Positions 34,324 through 44,143 of a stretch of DNA of 64,000 bases are shown in pieces (positions within the stretch are counted from its first letter, which is position 1; the number at the start of each line of letters is the position of its first letter). The notes beneath the pieces are model-generated. The model made no database searches, was not told the origin of the DNA, and saw only the letters and a list, made by a program, of their open reading frames with translations. The stretch covers positions 5,841 through 69,840 of the forward strand of contig JAYFQW010000024.1 in assembly GCA_034926675.1 (NCBI GenBank), written 5' to 3'. The translations under genes and the position numbers were made by a program. This DNA is from Clostridia bacterium. GTDB lineage: Bacteria > Bacillota > DTU025.

Positions 34324-34571
34324 TACGGAATCCGTACAGGCATCGCTGGGTACCTGTACGGATTTCGTACTACGCTGAGAGCAGAATCAGCGGACGGCTT
34401 TTGAATACGCACCGATTCATGCAAAAACAGTGTGATGGTCCATACGCAGGAGCCTATAATGGAAGTAATTAGGATATTTGGGGCTCGTCTACCCATCCCT
34501 GTGGGCAAGCAAGGCCTAGCGTTGTACGGATTCCGTACCACTCATGCGGTGAACCAGTACGAATTCCGTAC
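34324..34571. repeat. Array of four 15-bp palindromes (GTACG-N5-CGTAC) in two pairs flanking an AT-rich core
   Basis: Copies at 34324-34338 GTACGGAATCCGTAC, 34356-34370 GTACGGATTTCGTAC, 34524-34538 GTACGGATTCCGTAC and 34557-34571 GTACGAATTCCGTAC. Within each pair the centre-to-centre distance is 32-33 bp. The pairs are 200 bp apart. Confidence 0.8.
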
Positions 34572-34598
34572 TGCCCATGAGGTGCGCAGGGGAAAACC

Positions 34599-35990
34599 TC
34601 ACGTTTCCATCGAGTGCAGCTTCAGTATGCTCTTCTTGATCGAAGCTTCCTCCCCGTTCTCGCCAGGCTCATAGTACACCCGGTCAGTCAATCCATTCGG
34701 CATGTACTGCTGCTGGACGTATGCCCCTGGGTAGTCGTGGGGGTACTTGTAGCCAACTCCGCTTCCCAGGGCCCCTGCACCGCGGTAGGAGGAATCCCGC
34801 AAGTGCGATGGGACATCCACCGAGGGTTTCTCGCGCACATCAGCCTGAGCTGCATCTATCGCCCGCACCACGGCATTGCTCTTCGGAGCGGTGGCTATGT
34901 ATATCGTGGCATGGGCAAGGATGATTCGCGCCTCCGGCAATCCCACCTTCTCGACGGCAAGCAGAGCGGCCGCAGCGACTGTCAGCGCACGGGAATCCGC
35001 CATTCCCACGTCTTCGCTGGCATGTATCATGAGCCTGCGCGCGATGAACCTGGGATCCTCGCCAGATTCGATCATCCTTGCCAGGTAGTGGAGGGCAGCA
35101 TCGGGATCAGAACCCCGCATGCTCTTTATGTAGGCTGAGACCACGTCGTAGTGCATATCGCCGCCTGCATCGTACCGCAGAGCGCGCCGCTGTATGGAAT
35201 CCTCAGCTACCTCCAGCGTTATGTGAACAACACCATCTGAATCAGAAGGGGTGGACAGGGCCGCCACCTCAAGAGCGTTCAGTGCAGTGCGAGCGTCCCC
35301 GTTTGAGAAGCTAGCCAGGTGGTCTAGGGCTTCGGGATCGATTGTTATGTTGATATGGCCAAGACCGCGCTCGCAATCGCTGATAGCGCGTAAAACCACC
35401 GTTCGAACCTTGGCGGCATCGAGCGGCTCCAGCCGGAAAAGCCGTGACCGCGATACCAGCGGAGGGTTCACGTCGAAGAAAGGGTTCTCTGTGGTAGCGC
35501 CTATCATGGTGACAGTCCCGTCCTCCACAGATGGAAGGAGGGCGTCCTGCTGAGCCCTGTTGAACCTGTGGATCTCGTCGATGAACAGAATCGTCCTCTT
35601 GCCCCGGAGTTTCATGCGGTCTCGCGCCTCAGCCACTACCCGCCTGATGTCGGCCACGCCAGCTGTCACAGCATTGAGCCTCTCGAACTCGGCCTTAGTG
35701 GTGACAGCGATAACCTCCGCTATCGTCGTCTTTCCAGAGCCAGGTGGACCGTAAAGGATGATCGACCCGATGCGGTCCGACTCGATCGCGCGCCGCAGCA
35801 ACTTCCCCGGTCCAAGGATGTGCTCCTGCCCAACGATCTCATCGATACTCCTCGGCCTCATGCGGGCAGCCAGGGGAACCCTGTCTCGCGAACCGCCCTG
35901 CTCCAACCCAAAATCGAACAGATCCGCTCCAGGCATGACCCTCACCTCTACGAGATGTCCGCGAAAATGAGCACGAAAATACCCCGCCAT
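34599..35990 (-). CDS. rarA: Replication-associated recombination protein A (RarA/MgsA AAA+ ATPase)
   Basis: 463 aa with Walker A GPPGSGKTT, an AAA+ core, the MgsA C-terminal domain and a C-terminus YKYPHDYPGAYVQQQYMP. Confidence 0.9.
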   Translation of the reverse strand: MAGYFRAHFRGHLVEVRVMPGADLFDFGLEQGGSRDRVPLAARMRPRSIDEIVGQEHILGPGKLLRRAIESDRIGSIILYGPPGSGKTTIAEVIAVTTKAEFERLNAVTAGVADIRRVVAEARDRMKLRGKRTILFIDEIHRFNRAQQDALLPSVEDGTVTMIGATTENPFFDVNPPLVSRSRLFRLEPLDAAKVRTVVLRAISDCERGLGHINITIDPEALDHLASFSNGDARTALNALEVAALSTPSDSDGVVHITLEVAEDSIQRRALRYDAGGDMHYDVVSAYIKSMRGSDPDAALHYLARMIESGEDPRFIARRLMIHASEDVGMADSRALTVAAAALLAVEKVGLPEARIILAHATIYIATAPKSNAVVRAIDAAQADVREKPSVDVPSHLRDSSYRGAGALGSGVGYKYPHDYPGAYVQQQYMPNGLTDRVYYEPGENGEEASIKKSILKLHSMET

Positions 35991-36205
35991 GGCGTAGGTC
36001 TGGCCGCTTCTCCCCCGCGCTGCGAGGTGGGCGCCCTCCTGCTACGTTAACGTTCCGCACCTGCGGCGCGGCACACATGCTCGTAGTAGAGACCGGGCTC
36101 CCTGAGAAGAGATGTTGGAAGTAAACAGCCAGTGCACCCACGTGCACAGCAGGGTTATTGCGTCTTCATTCAGCGGGTATATCATATCACACAGAAGTCA
36201 GCCTT

Positions 36206-37537
36206 TCAACAAACGCGGCCCGGCGCCATAATCTGGAACAAGCGATCTCTGAGCGAGTCAAACCCCACGCGCTCCTGCTCCCCGCCAGTCATGTTCTTCA
36301 AAGTCGCGACGCCAGCGTCCAGTTCATCATCGCCGATGATCGCAACATACCTGGCCCGCAGTTTGTCTGCATAGCGCATCTGGGCCTTCAGGCCGCGTCC
36401 GAGAATGTCGTAGTCTGCGGATATCCCAGCCCCACGCAGTTCGAAGGCAACTGAGAAAGCCTTTTCGCGCGCGCGCTCGCCTAGAGCCACGATGTACACG
36501 TCGAGCTTCTGCGCATACCGATCATCGGAAGCGCTGGCTTTCATCGCGAGCACACAGCGCTCGATCCCACATGCCACGCCCACGCCTGGGGTCGGGCCTC
36601 CCCCGCACTCCTCCACGAGGCCGTCATAGCGGCCTCCTCCTCCCAGTGCATCCTGGGCGCCGATCCCCGCCATGTTGTACTCGAAAGTTGTCTTGGTGTA
36701 GTAATCGAGGCCACGGACTAATCGGGAATTGAGCGTGCAGCCCACCCCAACGGAATCGAGGAGCCTCCTGACCTGGGTGAAGTGGTCCTTGCACTCTGCA
36801 CACAGGTGATCGAACACTGGAGGCGGGCTCGGCAGAAGCGCCCTGCATTCCTCGGATTTGCAGTCGAGCAGCCTCAATGGGTTCCGGTCGTACCTTGACT
36901 TGCAGGATGGACACAGACCATCGTGGACAGGAGCATAAGCTTGCCGGAGCACTTCCCGGTATGCAGGACGGCAGCTAGGGCAGCCGATGGAGTTGAGGTT
37001 CACCACCACGTCCTCGATTCCGAGCGCGCGGAACACCTCGATCGGCATTGCGATGATCTCCACATCCGCAGCCGGAGACGCTGCGCCAAGCACCTCGGCG
37101 CCGAACTGGTGGAACTGACGGTATCTGCCTGCCTGTGGCCGCTCGTACCGGAACATGGGTCCCATGTAGTACACTTTCGTTGGCTGAGGCCGGGCTGCCA
37201 GCCGATGCTCCACATACGCCCGGGCAACCGGCGCCGTACCTTCAGGCCTCAAGGTGATGGACCGCCCTCCCCTGTCGGGGAAAGAGTACATCTCCTTCTC
37301 TACGATGTCGGTAGTCTGTCCGACGCCGCGCTCGAAAAGCTCAGTGTGCTCGAATATGGGCGTGCGTATCTCCCTGTATCCGTATTTCTCAAATGTCTGC
37401 CTCACAATGCCCTCAGCATACTGCCATAATCCCACGTCCTCGGGCAGAACGTCGGAAGTGCCCCTAGGCGCGTTGATCTCCATTGACGCATCCTCCCCTC
37501 CCTGCGGTGCAAGCACGTCCGCCTGGGAATGAGCCAT
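36206..37537 (-). CDS. hisS: Histidine--tRNA ligase
   Basis: 443 aa class IIa synthetase with an anticodon-binding C-terminus. The start is probably MEINAPRGTSDVLP at 37483. Confidence 0.93.
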   Translation of the reverse strand: MAHSQADVLAPQGGEDASMEINAPRGTSDVLPEDVGLWQYAEGIVRQTFEKYGYREIRTPIFEHTELFERGVGQTTDIVEKEMYSFPDRGGRSITLRPEGTAPVARAYVEHRLAARPQPTKVYYMGPMFRYERPQAGRYRQFHQFGAEVLGAASPAADVEIIAMPIEVFRALGIEDVVVNLNSIGCPSCRPAYREVLRQAYAPVHDGLCPSCKSRYDRNPLRLLDCKSEECRALLPSPPPVFDHLCAECKDHFTQVRRLLDSVGVGCTLNSRLVRGLDYYTKTTFEYNMAGIGAQDALGGGGRYDGLVEECGGGPTPGVGVACGIERCVLAMKASASDDRYAQKLDVYIVALGERAREKAFSVAFELRGAGISADYDILGRGLKAQMRYADKLRARYVAIIGDDELDAGVATLKNMTGGEQERVGFDSLRDRLFQIMAPGRVC

Positions 37538-37612
37538 CAGAAACGGGCCATACGATGTCGGCTATGAAAACGGGCGGGTCGCAACCCGCCCACGTATAAC
37601 CGGGGGAATCAA

Positions 37613-38842
37613 CTACTTCTTGGGCTCGACCGCAGGCTGGGCGCTAGCATCATTCGCAGCCTTCTTCTCAGCCTCAGCCTTGGCTTCTTCTAGAGCCTTC
37701 TGCGCTGCTTCCTTCTGTGCGAGCTGGATATCGGCCATGAGCGCATCCTCAGCTGATGCATCGTCCGCCCTATCCATCTTCCGGTATCCATCGGCTATCA
37801 GTGCGTGAGCGAACACGTCCTTGTCGGCTAGTTCGGACGCCCGCTTGTACAGCTCCACGGCCTGATCAGCATCGCCCGCGTCGCGGTTGGCATCCGCCTG
37901 CGCGATAACCACGTACGGGTCTGTCGGCACGATCTTCGTTGCCTTCTCGAATGCGGCGACAGAGTCCTTCGCCTTTCCCTGCAGCGCAAGGGCCCGCCCC
38001 AGCGCCACCTGGAGATAGGGGTCGCCTGGCTGAAGCTTGGCGGCCTTGCGGTACTGCTTCACAGCCTCGTCGTACTCCTTGGCCTCCATTGCGCGGTAGG
38101 CAAGCACCCTGGAATCGTATATCTTCACCTTGGCCTGCGTTCGAAGGTCCGAAAGGTACTTGTCGCGCAGTTCTTTCTCCTTCCGGAGCCTGATCATCTT
38201 GTCCAGATTAGTGCGGACCTCATCCAGAACCAGCTTGGGCTGGCTCTTCTGCATCCTCTCGAACTCGGCCTTGATCTCATCCTCTGTTGCCTCAACTGCA
38301 CCAACGGCCTGCCTGGGGAATCCCTCTACCATCTGCCGGTCGGCCACCCACTTACTATAGGAAGCTGTGGTGAACCCCCACCGCGACAGTGCGGAAACCC
38401 AGTCAGAATCGTTCTCGAAGTTGGCGCGGTCCGACTTGACCTGCGAGTCCACTGCGGCCTGATCCGGAGCGTAGTTCGCCTTCTTCGCTGCGTTGAGGAT
38501 TGCTGCGTCATCGATAAGCTTGTCCATGACCGTCGACCTTATCGAATCGAGTTGATCGGGCCTCAGGCCTCCGAATGCCATGCGCTCGTAGTACTGCCAG
38601 GCGAATTCGCGGCTGAGCTCGAGCTCGGTTATGCGCCTGCCATCGACCTTCGCGACAGTGAGCCCACTGCCCTGAGCTGAACCTGAAGACCGTTCCAGAA
38701 ACATAGGTACGATCATGCCAACCGCGAGAAGCCCCGCTATAACGGCTACAAAGGTGCCCATTCGCTTACGCATTCCTACGAACAAATGTGAAACCCTCCC
38801 AGCTATGCTGTGTAACCTACGATATTGTATCGCACGGCTCAA
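37613..38842 (-). CDS. Membrane-anchored SurA-N-terminal-domain / TPR-repeat protein (hypothetical chaperone-like)
   Basis: 409 aa with signal anchor MRKRMGTFVAVIAGLLAVGMIV, a SurA_N-like region, TPR-like repeats (YDEAVKQYRKAAKLQPGDP...) and a Lys/Ala-rich C-terminal tail. Confidence 0.6.
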   Translation of the reverse strand: MSRAIQYRRLHSIAGRVSHLFVGMRKRMGTFVAVIAGLLAVGMIVPMFLERSSGSAQGSGLTVAKVDGRRITELELSREFAWQYYERMAFGGLRPDQLDSIRSTVMDKLIDDAAILNAAKKANYAPDQAAVDSQVKSDRANFENDSDWVSALSRWGFTTASYSKWVADRQMVEGFPRQAVGAVEATEDEIKAEFERMQKSQPKLVLDEVRTNLDKMIRLRKEKELRDKYLSDLRTQAKVKIYDSRVLAYRAMEAKEYDEAVKQYRKAAKLQPGDPYLQVALGRALALQGKAKDSVAAFEKATKIVPTDPYVVIAQADANRDAGDADQAVELYKRASELADKDVFAHALIADGYRKMDRADDASAEDALMADIQLAQKEAAQKALEEAKAEAEKKAANDASAQPAVEPKK

Positions 38843-38917
38843 GCAGTGTCAACGCACCCGCAAGGCGCGCGCAAGGCTGCTGCAAGGCGCAAGCCAGGGC
38901 TGAACGATCCCTATGCT

Positions 38918-39568
38918 TCAACGAGAAGGCCCGTTCCAAGCCATCTCATCGCCTATCGTGGTTGCCGCTCCATGCCCAGGATAGACTCGGGTTCGTTCGT
39001 CCATGGGAAACAACACATCGTGGATGGACTTCCACAGTGCACCCTCGTCACCGCCCTCTAGGTCGGTGCGGCCCACACCCATGTTGAACAGGGTGTCGCC
39101 TGTGAACACTACGAGATCCTCAGGCGCCCACAGGCATACGCCTCCAGGAGTGTGGCCAGGCGTGGCCAGAATGCGGAAGTCCACGCCGCCAACGTGCAGT
39201 GTCTCCCCGTCTTCAAGAGTCTCATCCGCATCCAGCCTGTCGTTGCCTGCTCCGCACCGAGCCAGGATGCGGAAGGTGTCGATTGGGCACGCAAGCATGG
39301 GAGCATCTTTCACTCCCACATGCACCTTCGCTCCTGTGATCCGGCGAAGCTCTCCGACTCCACCGATGTGGTCGGGGTGCCCATGAGTGCATATGATTGC
39401 CCCACATCTGAGGCCGAGTGAATCCAGGGCTCTCACTATACCCTCGGCCTGCGCTCCCGGGTCGATGACCGCCGCCTCATCTGCCCCATCGCGCCACACT
39501 ATGTAGCAGTTGGTGGAGAGAGGGCCAACAGCCATACGCTGAACCCTGAGATTCTCTGATTCCGCCAA
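38918..39568 (-). CDS. MBL-fold metallo-hydrolase (glyoxalase II-like)
   Basis: 216 aa with the HGHPDHIGG motif and the downstream His/Asp ligands of the beta-lactamase fold. Confidence 0.8.
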   Translation of the reverse strand: MAESENLRVQRMAVGPLSTNCYIVWRDGADEAAVIDPGAQAEGIVRALDSLGLRCGAIICTHGHPDHIGGVGELRRITGAKVHVGVKDAPMLACPIDTFRILARCGAGNDRLDADETLEDGETLHVGGVDFRILATPGHTPGGVCLWAPEDLVVFTGDTLFNMGVGRTDLEGGDEGALWKSIHDVLFPMDERTRVYPGHGAATTIGDEMAWNGPSR

Positions 39569-39581
39569 TACAGCAACCCCC

Positions 39582-40091
39582 TTAGAAATCCCTGGAGCTG
39601 TCGAGGATTATGGTCACAGGTCCATGGTTCACCAGGCCCACTTCCATCTCTGCTCTGAATACCCCAGTTTCCACATGCACTCCAGTTGCTCGAACCGCGT
39701 CGATGAACTCATGGTAAATCACGACGGCCTGATCTGGAGGCGCAGCATCAGTGAAGCTAGGCCGCTTGCCCCGCCGGCAATCGCCGTAGAGCGTGAACTG
39801 TGAGACTGCAAGCATGCTGCCTCCCACATCCCGAAGAGAGAGGTTCATCTTGCCATAGGCATCATCGAATACGCGAAGGCCCGTGATCTTGTCGGCCATG
39901 TAGCAGACATCATCAGACCCATCCGACCGAGTCACCCCGAGGAGCACCAGTACGCCGCGGCCGATCCTCCCTACCTCCGCACTGCGCCCCATCTCACCGT
40001 CGACCTCTTTGCCGCCAGCCTCTTCACCCCGGGCGTTCTCCTGGCGCACTCTCACCCACGCGCTGCCGACCCTCTGCACAACAGCCCTCAA
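39582..40091 (-). CDS. dtd: D-aminoacyl-tRNA deacylase, with about a 24-aa insertion near the N-terminus
   Basis: MRAVVQRV...VLVLLGV...SQFTLYGD...GRRPSF matches Dtd. An extra [24 protein letters not shown] segment sits between the first strand and the GRIGRG motif. Confidence 0.85.
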   Translation of the reverse strand: MRAVVQRVGSAWVRVRQENARGEEAGGKEVDGEMGRSAEVGRIGRGVLVLLGVTRSDGSDDVCYMADKITGLRVFDDAYGKMNLSLRDVGGSMLAVSQFTLYGDCRRGKRPSFTDAAPPDQAVVIYHEFIDAVRATGVHVETGVFRAEMEVGLVNHGPVTIILDSSRDF

Positions 40092-40147
40092 CTACACCAC
40101 ACCTGCCTGCACCGAAGTATCTGTGATCCTCCTCCAAGCTGAATGCC

Positions 40148-42319
40148 CTAGCTTGGCCGCGCCCTGTGAGCATCGCGGACCCCGGCGACCTTGGAAAGCC
40201 TGCGGATCACCGTGTTCATGTGGGCCACATCGGTTATCTCTACAGTCATGTTGATCATCGCAGCGTGACTTTTGAGAGTTCGAGCGGTGACTGCACTCAC
40301 GTGCGCATGGGTCTCCACCACTGCGTTCATGACATCAGTGAGCAGCCCTGGGCTATCGTGGGCTTCCATTTCGATCTCGACGGCATAGGAGACGCCTTCG
40401 CCGATGTCCCACTCAACCTCAACCCGCCTGTTCTCATCGTCTATCTCGATACCCACATTCGGGCAATCCTCTCTGTGAACAGAAATCCCGCGCCCTCTGG
40501 TGATGTAGCCTACAATGGCGTCTCCTGGCGCCGGGCTGCAGCATCTGGCGAACCTCACGAGCACATTGTCCACACCGTGCACCCGCACGCCCTTAGAAGA
40601 ACGGACACTGGGGTGGGCTTCGCGAGCCGGCCTCTGATCCTCCTGCACCCGTTCTGGCAGGAGTTTCCCTATGGCCTGCGCGGCCGAGATCCTCCCGTAC
40701 CCGATGCTCGCCAGGAAGTCCTCTGCGCTCAGATGGCTGAACTTGTGAGCCGCGTCGAGAAGGCGATCCTCCTTCATGTTCGCGTGAACCTCAGCCCCAA
40801 CGCGCCTCAGTTCCCGCTCAAGCAGTTCCTTCCCTCGCTCGATGGATTCCTCTCTTCTAAGCTCCTTCACCCATTGTCTGATCTTGCCCTTGGCCTTGGC
40901 GGTCTTGGCAATCGCCAGCCAGTCCTGTTTTGGACCGGTGGTCGTCTTGCTCGTGATCACCTCAACGATATCGCCGGTGGCGAGCTCAGTTCCGAGGGGC
41001 GCCATCCTCCCGTTCACGCGGGAACCCACGCACCTGTTGCCCACATCCGTGTGAATCGCGTAGGCAAAATCGATGGGCGTAGAGCCGGCAGGCAAGGCCT
41101 TCACGTCGCCTTTCGGGGTGAACACGTACACCTCATCGGAAAAGAGGTCCACCTTGAGGGTCTCCACGAACTCCTCGCCGTTTCTGGTCTCCTTCTGCCA
41201 TTCCAGAATCTGCCGAAGCCAGGTTATCTTGTCTTCGAAATCGCCGCCTGCTCCGCCTTCCTTATAGCGCCAGTGAGCAGCAATGCCGTATTCCGCCGTC
41301 CGATGCATCTCTACGGTGCGGATCTGGATCTCGAGAGGCTCTCCACGGGGCCCCACTACAGTGGTGTGGAGAGACTGGTACATGTTGGACTTGGGCATCG
41401 CGATATAGTCCTTAAACCGCCCCGGAATCGGCTTCCAGATGGTGTGCACAGCTCCTAGCGCTGCATAGCACTCCCTGAGCGTTCCAACGATCACCCTAAG
41501 CCCCATGAGGTCCCATATCTCGCTGAAATCCTTGCCCTGTTGCGTCATCTTCTGATATATGCTGAAGAAATGCTTAGGCCTGCCCTGGATCTCGCCAGAA
41601 ACCCCTATCTCCTCAAGAGCAGCGGCAAGAGTCCGACGGGCGTCCTCGATGATGCCCTCTCTTTCCTGCCTCTTCTTGGCGACCCGATCCACTAGTTCAT
41701 AGTAGGCTGCTGGCTCAAGATACCGAAGGGAGAGATCCTCGAGTTCCCACTTGATGGCCCACATCCCGAGCCTGTGGGCGAGGGGGGCATATATCTCAAC
41801 CGTTTCCCGCGCAACCCTCTTCTGCTTCTCCGGCGGCGAATGCCGCAATGTGCGCATGTTGTGGAGCCTGTCGGCAAGCTTGATGAGAACCACCCGGATA
41901 TCCTTTGCCATAGATACGAACATCTTCCGAAGGCTCTCTGCCTGTTGCTCCTCGCGGTTCTTGAAATCAAGGCGGGAGAGTTTGGTCACCCCGTCCACCA
42001 GCATGGCAATCTCAGGCCCGAACGTGGTCCTTATCTCATCAATACTCTTGCTCGTGTCCTCCACCACATCATGCAGAAGCCCAGCCGTGATCGTGTTCGG
42101 GTCGAGGTCCATGCCGGCGAGGATGAATGCCACCGCCGCGGGATGCTCGAAATACGCCTCTCCCGACTCGCGGAACTGCCCCGAGTGTGCACACTCAGCA
42201 TACTCCCACGCCTGGCGGACCATTCCCATGTCCACGCCAGGACGATTCTTGCCTGCCTTTGCCAAGAGATCCTCAATGGTGTGTTTGGACCGGACCATGC
42301 TCGCTTGGCCTCCCTGCAC
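40148..42319 (-). CDS. relA: Bifunctional (p)ppGpp synthetase/hydrolase RelA/SpoT (Rel)
   Basis: 723 aa with an HD hydrolase domain, a RelA_SpoT synthetase domain, and TGS and ACT domains. It lies upstream of dtd as in Bacillus. Confidence 0.95.
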   Translation of the reverse strand: MQGGQASMVRSKHTIEDLLAKAGKNRPGVDMGMVRQAWEYAECAHSGQFRESGEAYFEHPAAVAFILAGMDLDPNTITAGLLHDVVEDTSKSIDEIRTTFGPEIAMLVDGVTKLSRLDFKNREEQQAESLRKMFVSMAKDIRVVLIKLADRLHNMRTLRHSPPEKQKRVARETVEIYAPLAHRLGMWAIKWELEDLSLRYLEPAAYYELVDRVAKKRQEREGIIEDARRTLAAALEEIGVSGEIQGRPKHFFSIYQKMTQQGKDFSEIWDLMGLRVIVGTLRECYAALGAVHTIWKPIPGRFKDYIAMPKSNMYQSLHTTVVGPRGEPLEIQIRTVEMHRTAEYGIAAHWRYKEGGAGGDFEDKITWLRQILEWQKETRNGEEFVETLKVDLFSDEVYVFTPKGDVKALPAGSTPIDFAYAIHTDVGNRCVGSRVNGRMAPLGTELATGDIVEVITSKTTTGPKQDWLAIAKTAKAKGKIRQWVKELRREESIERGKELLERELRRVGAEVHANMKEDRLLDAAHKFSHLSAEDFLASIGYGRISAAQAIGKLLPERVQEDQRPAREAHPSVRSSKGVRVHGVDNVLVRFARCCSPAPGDAIVGYITRGRGISVHREDCPNVGIEIDDENRRVEVEWDIGEGVSYAVEIEMEAHDSPGLLTDVMNAVVETHAHVSAVTARTLKSHAAMINMTVEITDVAHMNTVIRRLSKVAGVRDAHRARPS

Positions 42320-42353
42320 TACGTAAAGCGGCTTTATGCAGCGCGAAACCGCC

Positions 42354-44090
42354 TCACACAGCCTCCGACCGCCTCATGTCTTTCAGATTAAGCTCCGCGG
42401 ATTCCCGCCCGTTCCATTCGTTTACCTCCAGGCCGTAGGCGACATCCACCTCTCCAGCCTGACGCGCAAGATCGGCGTAATGCTGTGCCATGCGGAAACC
42501 GATGGCGTCGACAATCCGCGATCCCTTGCCCAGCTTGAGCTTGAGGTGCCGTCCTTCCGGCCCCACCTGTTTCTGCTCGAGAACCAGCAGTCTTCGTGTA
42601 AGAAACACGGGTGTCGGGTTTCCCAGTCCGAACGGTTCGAGAACGGCCAGGCCCCTGGCAAGCTCGATGGAAATCTCGCTCTCCTGCAGTTCCGCGTCTA
42701 CACTCACCTGAGGAACCAAATCCTCGGGAGTGAGCCATCTGTGTCCGAGTTCATTGAGCCTCTCCCGGAATCTGTCCAGATCGTCAGCTCGTATGGAGAG
42801 CCCCGCAGCCTGCGCGTGGCCACCGTACTTCAGCAACAGGTCAGAACATTCCGTCAAGGCCGAATGCAGGTTGAAACCTGGAATGCTTCGCCCCGAACCG
42901 CGGCCCACATCGCCGTCGAACGACACGAGCACAGTGGGCCTGCAGGTAAGCTCCGCGATCTTTGAAGCAACGATCCCGATGACCCCTGAATGCCACGATT
43001 CGGACCCTAGCACTATCGCCCTTGTGGACGCGGTGTTCATCTTGCTGACTGGAGCCCATGCGTCACGAAAAATGCCAGCCTCTATCTCTTGCCTTTTCCG
43101 GTTCTCCTCATCGAGCATGGCCGCAAGGCCAGCGGCTTCCGCCTGAGAATCCGTGAGAAACAGCCTTGCCCCGAGGGAGGGATCGCCGAGCCGGCCAGCT
43201 GCATTCACTCGAGGCGCCATCGAGAAGCCAACATTCCCCGCCTTGATCTCCCGGCCTGCGAACCCAGACACATCTATTAGATTCCGTATTCCCAAATTCT
43301 GTGATGACTTCATCATGGCGAGTCCTGCTCTTGCTATGATCCTGTTTTCGCCGACAAGAGGGACCACGTCAGCTATAGTTCCCAGAGCAACGATATCCAG
43401 ATGGCGCCACGGATCGCCATGCCCAGCAGGGCGATTCGAGAGCTCCCAGAATGCCTGGGCAAGCTTAAACGCGACTCCGACCCCGGCCAGATCCTTGAAG
43501 GGATACAGAGAACCCTTCCTTTTGGGGTTGATAACGGCCAGTGCCCTGGGAATTTCCGGCCCGGCCTCGTGGTGGTCTGTGATGATCAGATCCATGCCCC
43601 GCGATCGAGCCGCAAGCGCCTCCTCCACAGCTCCGATTCCACAATCCACGGTCACCATTACCGACACGCCCTCATCAGCCGCGCGCTCTATCGCTTCGGT
43701 GCTGAGGCCGTATCCCTCCACGAGGCGATTGGGGATGCGATAGTCGACAGAAGCTCCTAAGGCCGACAACACGGTCACGAGAAGCGAGACCGCCGTGACG
43801 CCATCGGCGTCGTAGTCGCCGTAGACTCTGATCTTCTCGCCTCTGGCGACCGCGTCCACAATCCTGCCCGCCGCCTCTTTCATGTCCGGAAGCATAAACG
43901 GATCATGCATGTTCCCACGTGCAGGGGAGAGAAAAGCCGCCGCGGCCTTGCCATCCAGGAGGCCTCGGTTCACAAGCACTCTCGCAACTGGAGCAGGGAC
44001 TCCGCATTCCCGCGCGAGTTCCTCCTCCGCCCGAGGGTTGCCCTCGAGAACCACCCATGTTTTCTTCCTAGCAGCCATTATGCGATCCAC
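42354..44090 (-). CDS. recJ: Single-stranded-DNA-specific exonuclease RecJ
   Basis: 578 aa with DHH (ITDHH) and DHHA1 domains and an OB-fold C-terminus. Confidence 0.92.
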   Translation of the reverse strand: MDRIMAARKKTWVVLEGNPRAEEELARECGVPAPVARVLVNRGLLDGKAAAAFLSPARGNMHDPFMLPDMKEAAGRIVDAVARGEKIRVYGDYDADGVTAVSLLVTVLSALGASVDYRIPNRLVEGYGLSTEAIERAADEGVSVMVTVDCGIGAVEEALAARSRGMDLIITDHHEAGPEIPRALAVINPKRKGSLYPFKDLAGVGVAFKLAQAFWELSNRPAGHGDPWRHLDIVALGTIADVVPLVGENRIIARAGLAMMKSSQNLGIRNLIDVSGFAGREIKAGNVGFSMAPRVNAAGRLGDPSLGARLFLTDSQAEAAGLAAMLDEENRKRQEIEAGIFRDAWAPVSKMNTASTRAIVLGSESWHSGVIGIVASKIAELTCRPTVLVSFDGDVGRGSGRSIPGFNLHSALTECSDLLLKYGGHAQAAGLSIRADDLDRFRERLNELGHRWLTPEDLVPQVSVDAELQESEISIELARGLAVLEPFGLGNPTPVFLTRRLLVLEQKQVGPEGRHLKLKLGKGSRIVDAIGFRMAQHYADLARQAGEVDVAYGLEVNEWNGRESAELNLKDMRRSEAV

Positions 44091-44143
44091 CCATCTTAAT
44101 CAGGGACAATTCGACCTGTGATACAGATCCCCTGCACAGTTTA

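Noticed and set aside
34266-34674. ORFs 34266..34541 (-) and 34432..34674 (+) overlapping the palindrome array
   Set aside because: Their recurring VRNPY / YGFRTT peptide motifs are simply translations of the GTACGG..CCGTAC palindromes. Only the plus-strand ATG at 34460 has a good SD, and it is discussed as part of the finding rather than called as a gene.
35991-36205. Hairpin GTGCAC-GTGG-GTGCAC downstream of hisS as a terminator
   Set aside because: The stem is only 6 bp and the U-tract is weak (UGGCUGUUUACUU). It may help terminate, but the evidence is too thin to call a feature.
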